Virus record (IMG/VR): IMGVR_UViG_3300032242_001941
Location: 32,001 to 96,000 of that record
Length of the DNA: 64,000 nucleotides
Direction: 5' to 3' (one strand)
From: a virus
Shown here: one piece after another, positions 30,081 through 40,966 of the stretch
Layout: each line of letters begins with the position of its first letter
Numbering within the stretch: the first letter of the stretch is position 1
Made by a program: the position numbers and the translations under genes
The notes under the pieces: generated by a model
The model's input: the letters and a program-made list of their open reading frames with translations, nothing else
Told to the model about the DNA's origin: nothing
The model's database searches: none

Positions 30081-31102
30081 TTAAACGTATTGGTTTTTGT
30101 TGCAAATGGCTCAATGATCCGTCTGAATGTGGCGGCATGAAGGTCAATGCAGTGGATCGGGACCTTAACGGGCGTTCAACTACCATGCGTTGGTTGCGTG
30201 AGCACCCTGCAGAAGCCGAACAGCGCCAGTGGGACATCATGAATCACAACACCGCTGCCGCTGTCAAGTTGATCGAGCGTGTGGCCACATTACCGCCTGA
30301 ACGTCGCATGGTGAGGTTAGGCAGTGAAATGCTACAGGGCTATACTGAACCGTCATGGATTGACTGGTGGCAACAGACTGATGTGCAGAATCATTTGGAA
30401 AAGATTTTTGCTCCTATAGGCGAAACTGCTCGTAGATTGGATGTGCGACTGAGTTTTCATCCTGGACAGTTTTGTGTGTTGGCCAGTGAGAATCCTGGCA
30501 TTGTGGGAAGATCTATACAGGAGTTTGAATATCATGCAGATATGGCCAGGTGGATGGGTTATGGCAAATCATTTCAGGACTTTAAGATCAACGTCCACAT
30601 ATCGGGTAAACGCGGTCCCGAAGGTTTACGAGACGCCTACAGCAAACTCTCACCCGAAGCCCGTAACTGTATTACTATTGAAAACGAAGAAAATTCTTGG
30701 GGGTTAAATGATTGTCTTACCATTTCTGATATTGTGCCTGTTGTGCTCGATATTCATCATTACTGGATCCGTGAGGGAGCCTACATCCTACCTGGAGACG
30801 ACCGTGTTAAAAGAGTTGTTGACAGTTGGCGCGGTGTTCGTCCTGCTATGCATTACAGTGTCAGCAGGGAAGATATACTTGTCGGACACAATGCCAACCA
30901 AGCACCTGACTATCCGGCACTTCTGGTAGCGGGTTATAAGAAACAGAAACTAAGAGCACACTCAGACTTTTACTGGAATCAATCTGTAACTGACTGGGCC
31001 TTGAGTTTCTGGGAACAGTTTGATATACAGTGCGAGTCAAAGGGCAAGAACTTGGCCAGTGCTCAGGTCTATGCTCGTGCGGTAGAGTTGAATTTGGTTT
31101 AA
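30077..31102 (+). CDS. uvsE: UV damage endonuclease UvsE/UvdE
   Basis: RIGF.C, RLSFHPGQF..L.S, IENEE, LDIHH, MHYS, RAHSD, ESKGK. Confidence 0.93.
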   Translation: MIKRIGFCCKWLNDPSECGGMKVNAVDRDLNGRSTTMRWLREHPAEAEQRQWDIMNHNTAAAVKLIERVATLPPERRMVRLGSEMLQGYTEPSWIDWWQQTDVQNHLEKIFAPIGETARRLDVRLSFHPGQFCVLASENPGIVGRSIQEFEYHADMARWMGYGKSFQDFKINVHISGKRGPEGLRDAYSKLSPEARNCITIENEENSWGLNDCLTISDIVPVVLDIHHYWIREGAYILPGDDRVKRVVDSWRGVRPAMHYSVSREDILVGHNANQAPDYPALLVAGYKKQKLRAHSDFYWNQSVTDWALSFWEQFDIQCESKGKNLASAQVYARAVELNLV

Positions 31103-31335
31103 TGGAGCAGTTAAAACTTTGGCCACCGCCTGAGTGGACAGAATGCGTAGTTACATGGGATTCGATATTAGAATCAAAAGAAGTTCATCCTCAAGAGTTA
31201 TATGATTGGTGCGATGGTCACCCTAGCCCAAGTAGATATCACGTACACGGTTGGCGATCAACTTACGGATTTGCGTTTAGATTTGAGAATCCGCATGATG
31301 CAATCTTGTTTAAATTAATTTGGAAATGTGAGTGA
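31102..31335 (+). CDS. Hypothetical protein (F.F....D...F.L.W family)
   Basis: C-terminal FRFENPHDAILFKLIW. Confidence 0.6.
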   Translation: MEQLKLWPPPEWTECVVTWDSILESKEVHPQELYDWCDGHPSPSRYHVHGWRSTYGFAFRFENPHDAILFKLIWKCE

Positions 31336-32229
31336 ATGCCAAAAATTTTATACATAATCGAGCCAACAGTTGATTTTAACCTGACTGAACCAACATCTGT
31401 ACTGTTAACTCATTGCAACGACAAGTTAATACACGACAAGTATCATACATCTCTCGGCGATTTAACACGTCAAGAAATATGTTCTATTGTTGATCAATTT
31501 GATTCGATATCATTTGTTGAAAATGGATTTGATAAAAGTTCAACTATCTATAAAGAAACATTAATTTTGTTAAATTTTTTACAGCATCGTCATACTGTAG
31601 TAAATTTTACTAAAGATAATGTAATTAACTTTATCAATGACCAAGATCTTGTTCAGCGTCCTGACACGCCAGTATTATGGGTCTTTGGGTGCAGTCATAG
31701 TCATGGAGTTGGTCTAGACAGTTTTGAGCAATGCTACAGCAGTATAGTGAGTAAACAATTAAACTTACCATTAAAATCAATCACTCAACCTGGTAGTTCA
31801 TTGGGTTGGAGTTTCAGGCACATGATGCAGGCCAATATACGATCCGACGATTTAGTAATTTGGCAGTTGACTACGCCTGAAAGATTTACAAAAGCAGTAG
31901 ACTTTACCGGGAAATGCAAAGAGATATTGCTAAAAAATGCCAGTGTAGAAGAAGTTTTATTTTGGTCTGACTTGCAACTATTTTATAATCATGTAAATTA
32001 TTTAAACATTGGTTTAAAATTTCTTAGAAATTTAAAAGTAAAATCAATTATTACATCTCTTGATAATATGAGCGATCTTTATTATCAATGTTTATTGGAA
32101 TATACCAAGCATCCGGAGTATTGTTATCTTCCGGGATACAATGTTGATACCGGCAACGACAATACACATTTTGGACCATTGACCCATCAAAATTTGGCCA
32201 ATGGAATATTGAAGTTTTTATCAAATTAG
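31336..32229 (+). CDS. SGNH/GDSL-like domain protein
   Basis: VFGCSHSHG, PGSS and D.THFG motifs. Confidence 0.6.
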   Translation: MPKILYIIEPTVDFNLTEPTSVLLTHCNDKLIHDKYHTSLGDLTRQEICSIVDQFDSISFVENGFDKSSTIYKETLILLNFLQHRHTVVNFTKDNVINFINDQDLVQRPDTPVLWVFGCSHSHGVGLDSFEQCYSSIVSKQLNLPLKSITQPGSSLGWSFRHMMQANIRSDDLVIWQLTTPERFTKAVDFTGKCKEILLKNASVEEVLFWSDLQLFYNHVNYLNIGLKFLRNLKVKSIITSLDNMSDLYYQCLLEYTKHPEYCYLPGYNVDTGNDNTHFGPLTHQNLANGILKFLSN

Positions 32230-32236
32230 GAATAAC

Positions 32237-32539
32237 ATGGATTTTATTTTTGTAGGTGCAGGCAATCTGTGGAATTATGTCAAGCAAGATTGGAAGTCTA
32301 ATCGTGTACGCTTTTGTGCAGAAGTGTTTGCCTGGGCATGTAGTGTTGTAAGTGCTGTGATATTTGCAGCCACAGTGCCCAATATTCCAGTGGTGCCGCT
32401 TTATACAATTTTTATTGCTGGTTGTTGTGCCAGTGCTTGGGCCTGCTGGACTAGACGGAGTTTTGGCCTAATGGCTAACTCCGTGTTCTTAGTCACAATT
32501 GATAGCATCGGACTTGTCCGATACTTTTTACAACATTAA
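32237..32539 (+). CDS. Small three-TM membrane protein
   Basis: Three hydrophobic segments. Confidence 0.65.
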   Translation: MDFIFVGAGNLWNYVKQDWKSNRVRFCAEVFAWACSVVSAVIFAATVPNIPVVPLYTIFIAGCCASAWACWTRRSFGLMANSVFLVTIDSIGLVRYFLQH

Positions 32540-32733
32540 GCCTTGGGAGCCTTTGATTTACGAGCAGTAGTCTTTTTAGAGGCTGGTTTCTTTTCAGATT
32601 TTGGTTTAGAGGCTTTGGCAGGCTTCTCAACCGGAAAATCTGGCACTACCGGCGCGGATGCTTCTACCTTGTAAGGTGCTGGAGCCTTGTCTGGTTCAGC
32701 TGCACTAAAAATCTTTTTCAAAAATTCTAACAT
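32536..32733 (-). CDS. Small Lys/Ala/Pro-rich basic protein
   Basis: AGGAG RBS and TAAATA on the minus strand; histone-like tail. Confidence 0.65.
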   Translation of the reverse strand: MLEFLKKIFSAAEPDKAPAPYKVEASAPVVPDFPVEKPAKASKPKSEKKPASKKTTARKSKAPKA

Positions 32734-32861
32734 AATAAATCTCCTTGTTGAATATTTAGTTCAAAATGGTCACGGTCATAAAAGTTTAATATTATGCGGC
32801 AGTGCATGAGATAAATAAAAGACTCAGTAGAAACACTGAGAACATCAAGAGGAGACACAAA

Positions 32862-33002
32862 ATGTCAAAAATTTTTAAAGAACTTACCCAGTTCCTAGCA
32901 AAGCAACCCAGTGCATTAGAAGCATTTATCAACAGTAAAAATCCACAAACTCACGCAGATGTTGAGTTTTGGTCCAAATATTTCGAATATAGAGGACTAT
33001 AA
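32862..33002 (+). CDS. Small protein, DUF3563-like
   Basis: LEAFINSKNPQTHADVE.W pattern; AGGAG RBS. Confidence 0.45.
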   Translation: MSKIFKELTQFLAKQPSALEAFINSKNPQTHADVEFWSKYFEYRGL

Positions 33003-33003
33003 T

Positions 33004-33144
33004 ATGAAAATATTAAACGCTATCTGGAATTTTTTTGTAGCAATAGGCGAAGCCAAATATGCCGCTGACCTGGCTCGCAATGGCAAGTATAAAGAAGCAC
33101 AAGCCTGTTACGCAGACAATCAGGGTATTTGCCGAGGTCTGTAA
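33004..33144 (+). CDS. Small hypothetical protein
   Basis: GAGGA RBS; coupled to the GNAT gene. Confidence 0.55.
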   Translation: MKILNAIWNFFVAIGEAKYAADLARNGKYKEAQACYADNQGICRGL

Positions 33145-33698
33145 TGATCTTTACTGAATTTCTACCCGTCAAAGACTATCCAAAGTTTGGCGACTGGCTA
33201 AGAATTCAAGACGAGGAAACTCGTCAACTATATTTTGGTGTATCGGGGAGCCAACACGTTATTCAAGCCCTAATGGATCGTGTAATTGGTAACCCCGAAG
33301 AGCACTTCTTTTTAATAGCTCAAGACGGCAACCATTGGGCAGGCACAATACATATTGCTGTTAGTGGTAAGATAGTAGAATTTGGTCTTATTGTGAACAA
33401 GGAATATCGTGGACAAGGTGTTGCTGGTCTAATGCTTGAAGAAGCAATACTATGGGCTCGCAACCGCGGATATACCGAACTTTTTATGCACTGCCTGGGC
33501 TGGAATAAACCCATACAACACTTGTGTCATAAACACGGGCTAGCCACGCAAAATATGTACGGTGACTCAGAAGTAGAGTTAAAGCTAGACCCTGCTAACT
33601 GGATTACAATCAATAAAGAAATCTGTATCAAACAGCGCAACTTATTTCATCGTTTTTTACAAAATAATACTATGTTATATCGCGAGATATACGGCTAA
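33144..33698 (+). CDS. GNAT family acetyltransferase
   Basis: V..EYRGQGVA acetyl-CoA motif; N.PI..L..K.G. Confidence 0.88.
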   Translation: MIFTEFLPVKDYPKFGDWLRIQDEETRQLYFGVSGSQHVIQALMDRVIGNPEEHFFLIAQDGNHWAGTIHIAVSGKIVEFGLIVNKEYRGQGVAGLMLEEAILWARNRGYTELFMHCLGWNKPIQHLCHKHGLATQNMYGDSEVELKLDPANWITINKEICIKQRNLFHRFLQNNTMLYREIYG

Positions 33699-33705
33699 GT
33701 AATTG

Positions 33706-34416
33706 ATGTACATAATCTTATCAACCCTGGTAATGGTTCAACTTACTATAGCCTGTGTTACCTTATACCTACACCGTAGCCAAGCTCATAGAGGTGTAAC
33801 ATTCCACCCTGCGGTAGCACACGCCATGCGTTTTTGGTTATGGCTAACTACCGCTATGGTCACAGAAGAGTGGGTAGCAGTACACCGTAAGCACCATCAA
33901 AAGTCAGATCAGCCCGGTGATCCACATAGCCCACAAGTCCACGGCATTTGGACGGTGTTGTTTAAAGGCGTTTTCCTTTATAAACAAGCTGCTAAGGATC
34001 GTGTGATGATTGCACAACTAAGCACAGGCACACCGGACGACTGGATTGAGCGCCATTTATACAAACGGTATAACACGTTAGGTATCGTCCTAATGCTTAT
34101 TATAGATCTATGCTTGTTTGGTCTATGGGGTTGGTTAGTGTGGGGCATTCAAATGCTTTGGATTCCCTTATGGGCGGCTGGAGTTATTAACGGCCTTAGT
34201 CATTGGTGGGGCTATCGCAACACAGATACCAAAGATACATCACGCAACTTATGGCCATTGGCTGTATGGATTGGCGGTGAGGAACTGCACAACAATCATC
34301 ACGCAGATGGCGCCAATGCTAAATTCAAACAAAAATGGTGGGAATTAGACATTGGTTGGGTCTATATTTGCATACTGCGTTACTTGGGTTTGGCAAAATT
34401 AAGAGAGAAAAGCTAG
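33706..34416 (+). CDS. Membrane fatty-acid (delta-9 acyl-lipid/CoA) desaturase
   Basis: His boxes HRSQAH, HRKHH and GEELHNNHH; DPHSP. Confidence 0.93.
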   Translation: MYIILSTLVMVQLTIACVTLYLHRSQAHRGVTFHPAVAHAMRFWLWLTTAMVTEEWVAVHRKHHQKSDQPGDPHSPQVHGIWTVLFKGVFLYKQAAKDRVMIAQLSTGTPDDWIERHLYKRYNTLGIVLMLIIDLCLFGLWGWLVWGIQMLWIPLWAAGVINGLSHWWGYRNTDTKDTSRNLWPLAVWIGGEELHNNHHADGANAKFKQKWWELDIGWVYICILRYLGLAKLREKS

Positions 34417-34538
34417 CCAAAAAGATTGCAAAAAATGTGCGGTTGCAATATAATTGATAAATAATATTGCAGGACAGCAAATGCCAAATTGGTTGGGTTT
34501 GTGAGAGTCCTTCGAATTGTCCCTTTAGGAGATTTACC

Positions 34539-34784
34539 ATGGAATTATTTAATACATTTAAAGACGCATTAAACCCAGCTAAGTTTATTGATCAAGCTGA
34601 AAAGAACACCACGGCTGTCTTGTCTTATATACAGCCCAAAGAACTCAGCAACACTTTGATTGACTTAACATCCGATACCACTGAGTTTGTTCGCGCACAA
34701 TTGGCTGCAGTTGAGTCAATTGCAACTATTACCAAAGAGCACACTGAAGAATTTATCAAAAGTTTTTCTAAATCAGCTAAGTAA
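34539..34784 (+). CDS. Phasin-like amphipathic helical protein
   Basis: 81-aa helical, A/T/E/K-rich protein; AGGAG RBS; TGC-N4-GCA upstream. Confidence 0.45.
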   Translation: MELFNTFKDALNPAKFIDQAEKNTTAVLSYIQPKELSNTLIDLTSDTTEFVRAQLAAVESIATITKEHTEEFIKSFSKSAK

Positions 34785-34836
34785 TAAACACATCCTGTAG
34801 GCCTCTGTAAACAAGCACACTTTATAGGATCTTCTG

Positions 34837-34860
34837 AGCCCGGGTAACCGGGCTTTCTCT
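34837..34860 (+). terminator. Intrinsic terminator
   Basis: AGCCCGG-GTAA-CCGGGCT-TTCT. Confidence 0.75.
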
Positions 34861-34915
34861 TGGGTTACTAACCCTAACAGAGCTCGCTAAATACCTAGTC
34901 CAATTGGAGAGCAAA

Positions 34916-35641
34916 ATGCGTCAGGATTTTAACTGGAGTCAGCTAAATCGCACAAATCTGTATAATATGTTATACAGTGCTGGTACGGATATTGTTGGCC
35001 GTAAAATGCCAGTTAAAATGCTACATAAATGCTTGAGCACACACATCAAATCTTGCCTACCGGTCACTATAAAAAAATGGCAATATGACGCCAAACAAGA
35101 TCGCGGCTTTCCTTACATGGGCGGAAGTTATGACAGCGTTCTTGACAAGAAGAGCAAGAAAAAATTTATTGAAGTTGTGCTGAGTTATCATCCACAAGAC
35201 ACTGAATTGCGTATAACTAACTATCGTTGGCGCAGATTGTGTAGTTTATTTGCTGATACTATTCTGCACGAAATAATTCATATGCGACAGTATCGCAGTA
35301 GAAACTTTAAAGATATCCCTGGATACGAAAGCACAGCCTACTATCATCGTCAACGCCAAGATCAAGAATACTATGGTCACCGTGACGAAATGGGTGCATT
35401 CAGTTTTAATATTGCCTGCGAAATGATTGACAAGTTTGGTTACGATCCAGTGGCAATTCGTAACCATATGGATACCTTGACCAGTCGTACCAAGAAGGGC
35501 ACGTTTACTAAATTCTTAGCTGCATTTGATTGGGATCATGATCACATCAAAGTGCGTCAGATGAAACAAAAAGTTCTTCGGCAGTTAGAATACGCGGCCA
35601 TTGGTTGTCCATTTAAGACTACAACACACTTGACTTATTAA
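34916..35641 (+). CDS. HExxH zinc metallopeptidase-like protein
   Basis: DTILHEIIH...Y....DEMGA. Confidence 0.6.
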   Translation: MRQDFNWSQLNRTNLYNMLYSAGTDIVGRKMPVKMLHKCLSTHIKSCLPVTIKKWQYDAKQDRGFPYMGGSYDSVLDKKSKKKFIEVVLSYHPQDTELRITNYRWRRLCSLFADTILHEIIHMRQYRSRNFKDIPGYESTAYYHRQRQDQEYYGHRDEMGAFSFNIACEMIDKFGYDPVAIRNHMDTLTSRTKKGTFTKFLAAFDWDHDHIKVRQMKQKVLRQLEYAAIGCPFKTTTHLTY

Positions 35642-37236
35642 CGCTGACGTTTACGTCCAAGAGTTTTTTCACTACCCAACGGTTCATTTTTACCACTGGC
35701 TTTGACATTACTTCTTTTTTGACTTACATTATCTAAATCTGTTGTGGATATGCGGGCTGAAGGTCGTTCTCCTGTGCTTGCTTGAGCATCTAATGTGCCG
35801 GCTTCTTCTCGACTTTGTCCTGATGGTGAATCAAGGTCAGTACCACCCGGGGATATCTCTACACTCATTTTACCTTTTTGCTCACCAGCCGAACCTTTGG
35901 TTTTAAGTTTAACTTGCCCAGAGATCTTTGCTGGCCAAAATGCTTCCGTGACTAACTTGTCACCTTTGACTTTGGTGTATAGTTGAACAAAATTGTAGCC
36001 TAGGCTTTCAATCAGGGCCGCACGGAAATCAGGAATGATTTTATCATTGTTGACTAGTCGCATCATATCTTGTATGGTTGCCCACCAGGCCTTGCCACCA
36101 TCAGTGGCTGTACCATCGCGAACTTTGGCACTTAGTTGTTTTTCAAACAAGCCCATGATTTTTCTTGGCAGGGCCTTGCCAGTTTTATTACTGTTTTCAA
36201 TTTGTGCTACCAGTTCTGGTGAGAACGGCATCATAGACTGATAGGCCTTGGGAATTTTAGTTGGGTCAATCTCATACAAATAGTTCATTAAGGCAAACGG
36301 TTGTGTAAACGAACTTAGTCCCGGATCCTGTGCGGCATCTAGGAATTCTGTAGCTTCGGGATACTTGTCTCGGATCTCTTTGGGGAATTTCATGCTACCT
36401 AGACTAGGTGGAGCACCTTTACCAGCGGCCTTGCTGGATATCTTTACAGCATGTCCAGTGGCATTGTTTACCACACTAAAACTATCAGCTAACGGATTGT
36501 TGCTGGCCTTAGGGAAGAACATGATCATGTCGGCTAGATTTCCACCAACAAATTCTTCAAACTGTTCGCGACTACCACGAATGAATGGAGCCGCTCCAGT
36601 TACTAATGCCAATGCTCCGATATATTCACTGGCATACAGCTCAATGGCCTTGATTTGATCTTTGTTTAAGTCTCCTGGAAATATCGGCGTTTTCCCTTCG
36701 TTGGCCTGTCTAGCCATATAGATCACAGCATCACCAAGTTTGCCTAGACTTGCTAGTTTAGGATTACCTGCAATTTTGTTGTACATGTCACTGGCCGGAA
36801 ATCCGCCCGACTTTAAGATATCTTCAATGTTGTTACCAAAATCATCTATGGCTTGTTTTTCATCGGTAGCAAATACATCACTGGGTTTGATTGGAATATT
36901 TTCAGCTTCTTTGCTACCAAATTCTACTGTTTTTTGTAGTTCGGTATTTTTAACAGTGTCACCGTCTGCGGTCCGTAAAGTGATAGTTCCTTTTGGTCCA
37001 GTGGCCAACCATGCGGCTACAGCCCTAGCTTCTTTAGGATCTATAACAACTTCACCACCATTAACTAGAGTAAATGGACTACCTGTTTTAACTTTAACCA
37101 AAAACAATTCTTGGCGATTGTATGGTTTACCAGTTTTAGGATTAACAACACCGCTGGCCTTGGTTATAGGCATTTGGGAAGCCGCTAATTTTTCTTCGTA
37201 TAGTAGGTTTTCAAGTAGATTTAGAATATCACGCAT
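35638..37236 (-). CDS. Large phage protein with possible PD-(D/E)xK-like core
   Basis: Likely start MRDILNLLE; FP...NNPLADS...KISSK motif. Confidence 0.55.
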   Translation of the reverse strand: MRDILNLLENLLYEEKLAASQMPITKASGVVNPKTGKPYNRQELFLVKVKTGSPFTLVNGGEVVIDPKEARAVAAWLATGPKGTITLRTADGDTVKNTELQKTVEFGSKEAENIPIKPSDVFATDEKQAIDDFGNNIEDILKSGGFPASDMYNKIAGNPKLASLGKLGDAVIYMARQANEGKTPIFPGDLNKDQIKAIELYASEYIGALALVTGAAPFIRGSREQFEEFVGGNLADMIMFFPKASNNPLADSFSVVNNATGHAVKISSKAAGKGAPPSLGSMKFPKEIRDKYPEATEFLDAAQDPGLSSFTQPFALMNYLYEIDPTKIPKAYQSMMPFSPELVAQIENSNKTGKALPRKIMGLFEKQLSAKVRDGTATDGGKAWWATIQDMMRLVNNDKIIPDFRAALIESLGYNFVQLYTKVKGDKLVTEAFWPAKISGQVKLKTKGSAGEQKGKMSVEISPGGTDLDSPSGQSREEAGTLDAQASTGERPSARISTTDLDNVSQKRSNVKASGKNEPLGSEKTLGRKRQR

Positions 37237-37291
37237 TTGCTTTTTCTCTATTAAAGTGTTATACTTACTTATCATTTATCTGGAGACATTG

Positions 37292-37879
37292 ATGCCAAAC
37301 TTAGTACCCATTGTAGTAGAACAAACCGCCAAGGGCGAAAGAAGTTATGATATATACAGTAGACTTCTGCGTGACCGTATTGTTATGCTGGACACAGATG
37401 TTAACGAACATTCAGCTAGTTTAGTAGTGGCACAAATGCTGTTTTTAGAAAGTGAAGATCCAGATCGAGACATACTTTTTTACATAAATTCGCCAGGCGG
37501 TTCTGTAATTAGTGGACTTAGTATTCTTGACACCATGCAGTTTATCAAGTGTGATGTTAGCACCATTGTTATGGGTCAGGCCGCAAGTATGGGTAGCCTG
37601 TTGGCCAGTTCTGGCACCAAGGGAAAACGACTTATTTTACCCAGAGCTAGACATCTTATTCACCAGCCATTAGGCGGAGCCCAAGGCCAAGCATCTGATA
37701 TGGAAATCCAAGTAAATGAAATTTTACGAATGAAAAAACAGCTCACTGAAATTTATGTTGCTACCACCGGCAAAAGTTATGAACAGCTGGAAAGAGATAT
37801 GGACCGTGACAATATAATGACAGCTGAAGAATCTATTGCCTATGGATTGGCCGATAAAATTGTGTCTAAAAGGGATTAA
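37292..37879 (+). CDS. clpP: Clp protease proteolytic subunit ClpP
   Basis: [30 protein letters not shown]; GGAG RBS. Confidence 0.97.
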   Translation: MPNLVPIVVEQTAKGERSYDIYSRLLRDRIVMLDTDVNEHSASLVVAQMLFLESEDPDRDILFYINSPGGSVISGLSILDTMQFIKCDVSTIVMGQAASMGSLLASSGTKGKRLILPRARHLIHQPLGGAQGQASDMEIQVNEILRMKKQLTEIYVATTGKSYEQLERDMDRDNIMTAEESIAYGLADKIVSKRD

Positions 37880-39177
37880 TGACATTTGAAAAAACATTTT
37901 GTTCTAGCCCATGGTTGCATATGCGAATCAACAACTCGGGCACTTACGAACCATGTAGATGGATGTCTAAACAGGGCAACACCCGAGTTGATTTTGCCAA
38001 CAACATCCAAACTGTATCACCTCTAACATATTTTCAAAAGAGTATGGCCGAGTTAAGAACTACCATGCTAGATGGTGGTACTCCCGACATGTGTAACGAT
38101 TGTTATACCATGGAACGGCATAGTAAAACCAGCGGACGTCAACGGCAATTGCTCAAAGTTGGTATCCAACAACAATATTTTGAAAAAAGTCTAGCCAGTT
38201 CTACCCTAAAGACGTCATTTGATTACAGCAACAACAGTCAAGGACACACCAACAGGTCTGTGTCTGACTGGCAAATTGATCTTGGCAACTATTGCAACGG
38301 CGCTTGTGTGTTTTGCGATCCCGAAAACAGCAGTAGACTAGCAACAGAGTTTCAAAAAATTGGATTGATTGATCAGCTACCCCCTGCTGCCTGGTGCGAT
38401 GATCCTGCGTTAGTTGATCGGTTCGTGCAGGCGTTGACTGCCAGTACAAATCTACAGTATCTGCATTTCCTTGGTGGCGAAACAGTAATCACTCCAGGAT
38501 TTCGAACAATATTAACTGCTTTAGTTGAAGCTGGTCTAGCCAAGAATGTAACCATTGGATTTACTACCAATTTAACTGTTTGGTCCGATGACATTGTTGA
38601 ACTATTAAAACAATTTCAACAGGTGAACTTGGGCATGAGCATAGAAACCTTAACACCGGTCAATGACTATGTTCGTTACCCAAGTAAACAAGCACAGACT
38701 CGAGAGTTATTGGACCGATGGATAACTCTGGGAAAACAGCAAGACTGGCTAATACAACTTAGAATTACTCCTACCTGTCTAACTGTTCATGAATTACACA
38801 CTGTCTATGATTATGCCTGGCAAAACAATCTCTCTGTAGAGAGTTGTAATTTTCTTGACGAGCCTAAGTTTTTCCGTATTGCGGTGTTGCCGCTGGAATA
38901 TAGAACCAAGGTAATTGAAACTCTGGAACAATGGATTCAGGCACATCAGTCTACAGAAACGCAACAGATCATCAACACTAGAGATCCCAATGTGGCACGA
39001 AAACAAATTGTGCAGGATGCACAAAGCTATTTGAATTATCTAAAATCTGTCGCAGACGAAAGCAATAGATTGCCCGATCTTGTGGCTTACTTAAAGCGAT
39101 TAGAAAATAATCGTGGCAATAGTATTTTAACTTATCTACCTCAATATGAAGAATTATTCAGATCTGCAGGATATTGA
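37879..39177 (+). CDS. Radical SAM protein with N-terminal twitch/SPASM-like Cys motifs
   Basis: CNGACVFC, GGE, TTN; FC..PW...PC...C..C. Confidence 0.9.
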   Translation: MTFEKTFCSSPWLHMRINNSGTYEPCRWMSKQGNTRVDFANNIQTVSPLTYFQKSMAELRTTMLDGGTPDMCNDCYTMERHSKTSGRQRQLLKVGIQQQYFEKSLASSTLKTSFDYSNNSQGHTNRSVSDWQIDLGNYCNGACVFCDPENSSRLATEFQKIGLIDQLPPAAWCDDPALVDRFVQALTASTNLQYLHFLGGETVITPGFRTILTALVEAGLAKNVTIGFTTNLTVWSDDIVELLKQFQQVNLGMSIETLTPVNDYVRYPSKQAQTRELLDRWITLGKQQDWLIQLRITPTCLTVHELHTVYDYAWQNNLSVESCNFLDEPKFFRIAVLPLEYRTKVIETLEQWIQAHQSTETQQIINTRDPNVARKQIVQDAQSYLNYLKSVADESNRLPDLVAYLKRLENNRGNSILTYLPQYEELFRSAGY

Positions 39178-39571
39178 TGCCAGTATCAATATCAAGATTT
39201 GTCTGCGCCCTATAGGCCAGCCCAATATCTGGCTCAGAGTTAATCGTGATCGAATCGGATATACTGCATTATCGGAACCTATTCAATTGGATTATCGTGT
39301 TGGATTATTGGATACAATTAATATATCATTAGAATTATATAATAAAAACTACGATAATATTAATGAAACAGCTATAATAATCGATAATATTATCGTTGAT
39401 AATATCAATATAATACCTAAATATGATTATCTAGCTGAATATGTTAATGATCACGATAATGATAACCCTACAAGCTATCTGGGTTTTAATGGTAAGTGGC
39501 TACTAACTATAGATCGGCCCTTTTATCACTGGCTACATCAGCACTCCGGGCAGGGCTGGCTAATCGGTTGA
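39146..39571 (+). CDS. Hypothetical protein (AT-rich)
   Basis: Overlaps the end of the radical SAM gene. Confidence 0.6.
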   Translation: MKNYSDLQDIDASINIKICLRPIGQPNIWLRVNRDRIGYTALSEPIQLDYRVGLLDTINISLELYNKNYDNINETAIIIDNIIVDNINIIPKYDYLAEYVNDHDNDNPTSYLGFNGKWLLTIDRPFYHWLHQHSGQGWLIG

Positions 39572-39625
39572 CCAGAAATGCTCCTTTTGCTATAATAGTT
39601 GTATAGTAAATAAAAAGGAGCAACG
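39566..39625 (+). promoter_or_regulatory. Conserved early promoter cassette
   Basis: TTGACC(39568)-17bp-TATAAT-AGTTGTATAG...AAGGAG. Confidence 0.88.
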
Positions 39626-40024
39626 ATGAAAGACGCAATTATATACGCAGGTTACAGTCGTTTGGCAGATGGCACTATGAAATTTCGTACTGCTACAAAT
39701 GAAGCTCGTGTTAATCAATTGGTAGCGTTTGGTGAAGAAGTTCACATGATTCTTATCAACGGCGTTTACAGCAAGTCAGCTGCCGCTAAAGAATTGCTCC
39801 GTATCAACCACGCGAATGGCGCCAAGGCTCTTGAGCAGTTCTATACAAAATTTGTCCGTGACGAAAATCCGTTCCGTGTAGTTAAACTCAAGGTGCCTAG
39901 TGTGGCCATGCAGAAATTGACAGGTGCAAAGGTTGAGGTTGAAGAACTAAGCACAGCAGAAGCTCGCAAGATCCGTAACGAGTGGAATCGTAAACACGCT
40001 CACTTGTCATATGATGGAGAATAA
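39626..40024 (+). CDS. Hypothetical early protein (paralogue of 63767)
   Basis: AG.....GT.K.R.A....R...L...G pattern. Confidence 0.65.
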   Translation: MKDAIIYAGYSRLADGTMKFRTATNEARVNQLVAFGEEVHMILINGVYSKSAAAKELLRINHANGAKALEQFYTKFVRDENPFRVVKLKVPSVAMQKLTGAKVEVEELSTAEARKIRNEWNRKHAHLSYDGE

Positions 40025-40164
40025 TATGTCTATCAATTACGAACTAATATCATACGGTAATCGTGAAACAGGTGAGGCACACTATCTAGTAGATGGTGTA
40101 GAAGTTACCAAGTCTGAATACGAGCGTTGTTTAACAGAGTATCAACTGGCAAAGGCCAACTAAG

Positions 40165-40966
40165 ATGCCGTATGTTCCTCAACAACTCAAGACAGAATCG
40201 TTTATTGCTGGGTTCTCAGATATCTATACCATGCTAGGTACAAATCCTGAAATGCGTATGATACCCATCGATCAGTTAGAAACTGTTCGTCCCCGGTTAA
40301 AACAATTAGGTTATAGATTCCGTGTGGTGTTTCGTGGCCCGCACCGCAGGAATCGCGGTACTCTTAAAACGAATGCCCGGGCTTTTAATGTTTATTTTGA
40401 AGGAAGATAATATGTCTAAATATCGCACAGTAGCAGAGTATCGTGAAATTGTTCGCAACATGCCCTTTAAAGAAGTAGAAGGCTTGTTTGACACTTACAT
40501 GAATTGTCCAAGTCGTGGTGTCAAAGATGATATAATTATGAATGTACTTGAAGCTGAAATTGAACGTCGTATTTCTAACTGGGAGGTTGCGTATGTCTAA
40601 ATTCCGTGTGTACTGTAGTGAAACAGTGACCTACATGGTCGAGGTAGAAGCCGAGTCAGCCGAAGCCGCCGAAGAATTGGTAGGCAGTGGCACAGTGGAT
40701 CTGGGTGATCCAGTAGATGGTGATAATTTTCAAATTGATGAAGTTGTGGCCCAGGAGACTGTTTAATGTTAAACCCAATTCCAAAATATAACCTGTTCGC
40801 AACACCTGCAGACTTTGATCATTTAACTGCTATGCTCAACGGATGTGGTACCAAAGAAGAGCAACGAATGGCATGGTTTGGTGCCATGATGGCCCTGAAT
40901 TTAGCCCATGATTTAATCCAAAAAGAGTTTGGGGTATTGGTTGCCAATTCGGAATCTGTAGCGTAA
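40165..40966 (+). CDS. Four small coupled early ORFs (40165-40410, 40412-40600, 40593-40766, 40766-40966)
   Basis: RBSs and stop/start overlaps; no recognisable domains. Confidence 0.6.

Noticed and set aside
36740-37291. Apparent 184-aa N-terminal extension of ClpP in the ORF track
   Set aside because: It is antisense to the 35638-37236 gene; the true ClpP start is the ATG at 37292 with a GGAG RBS.
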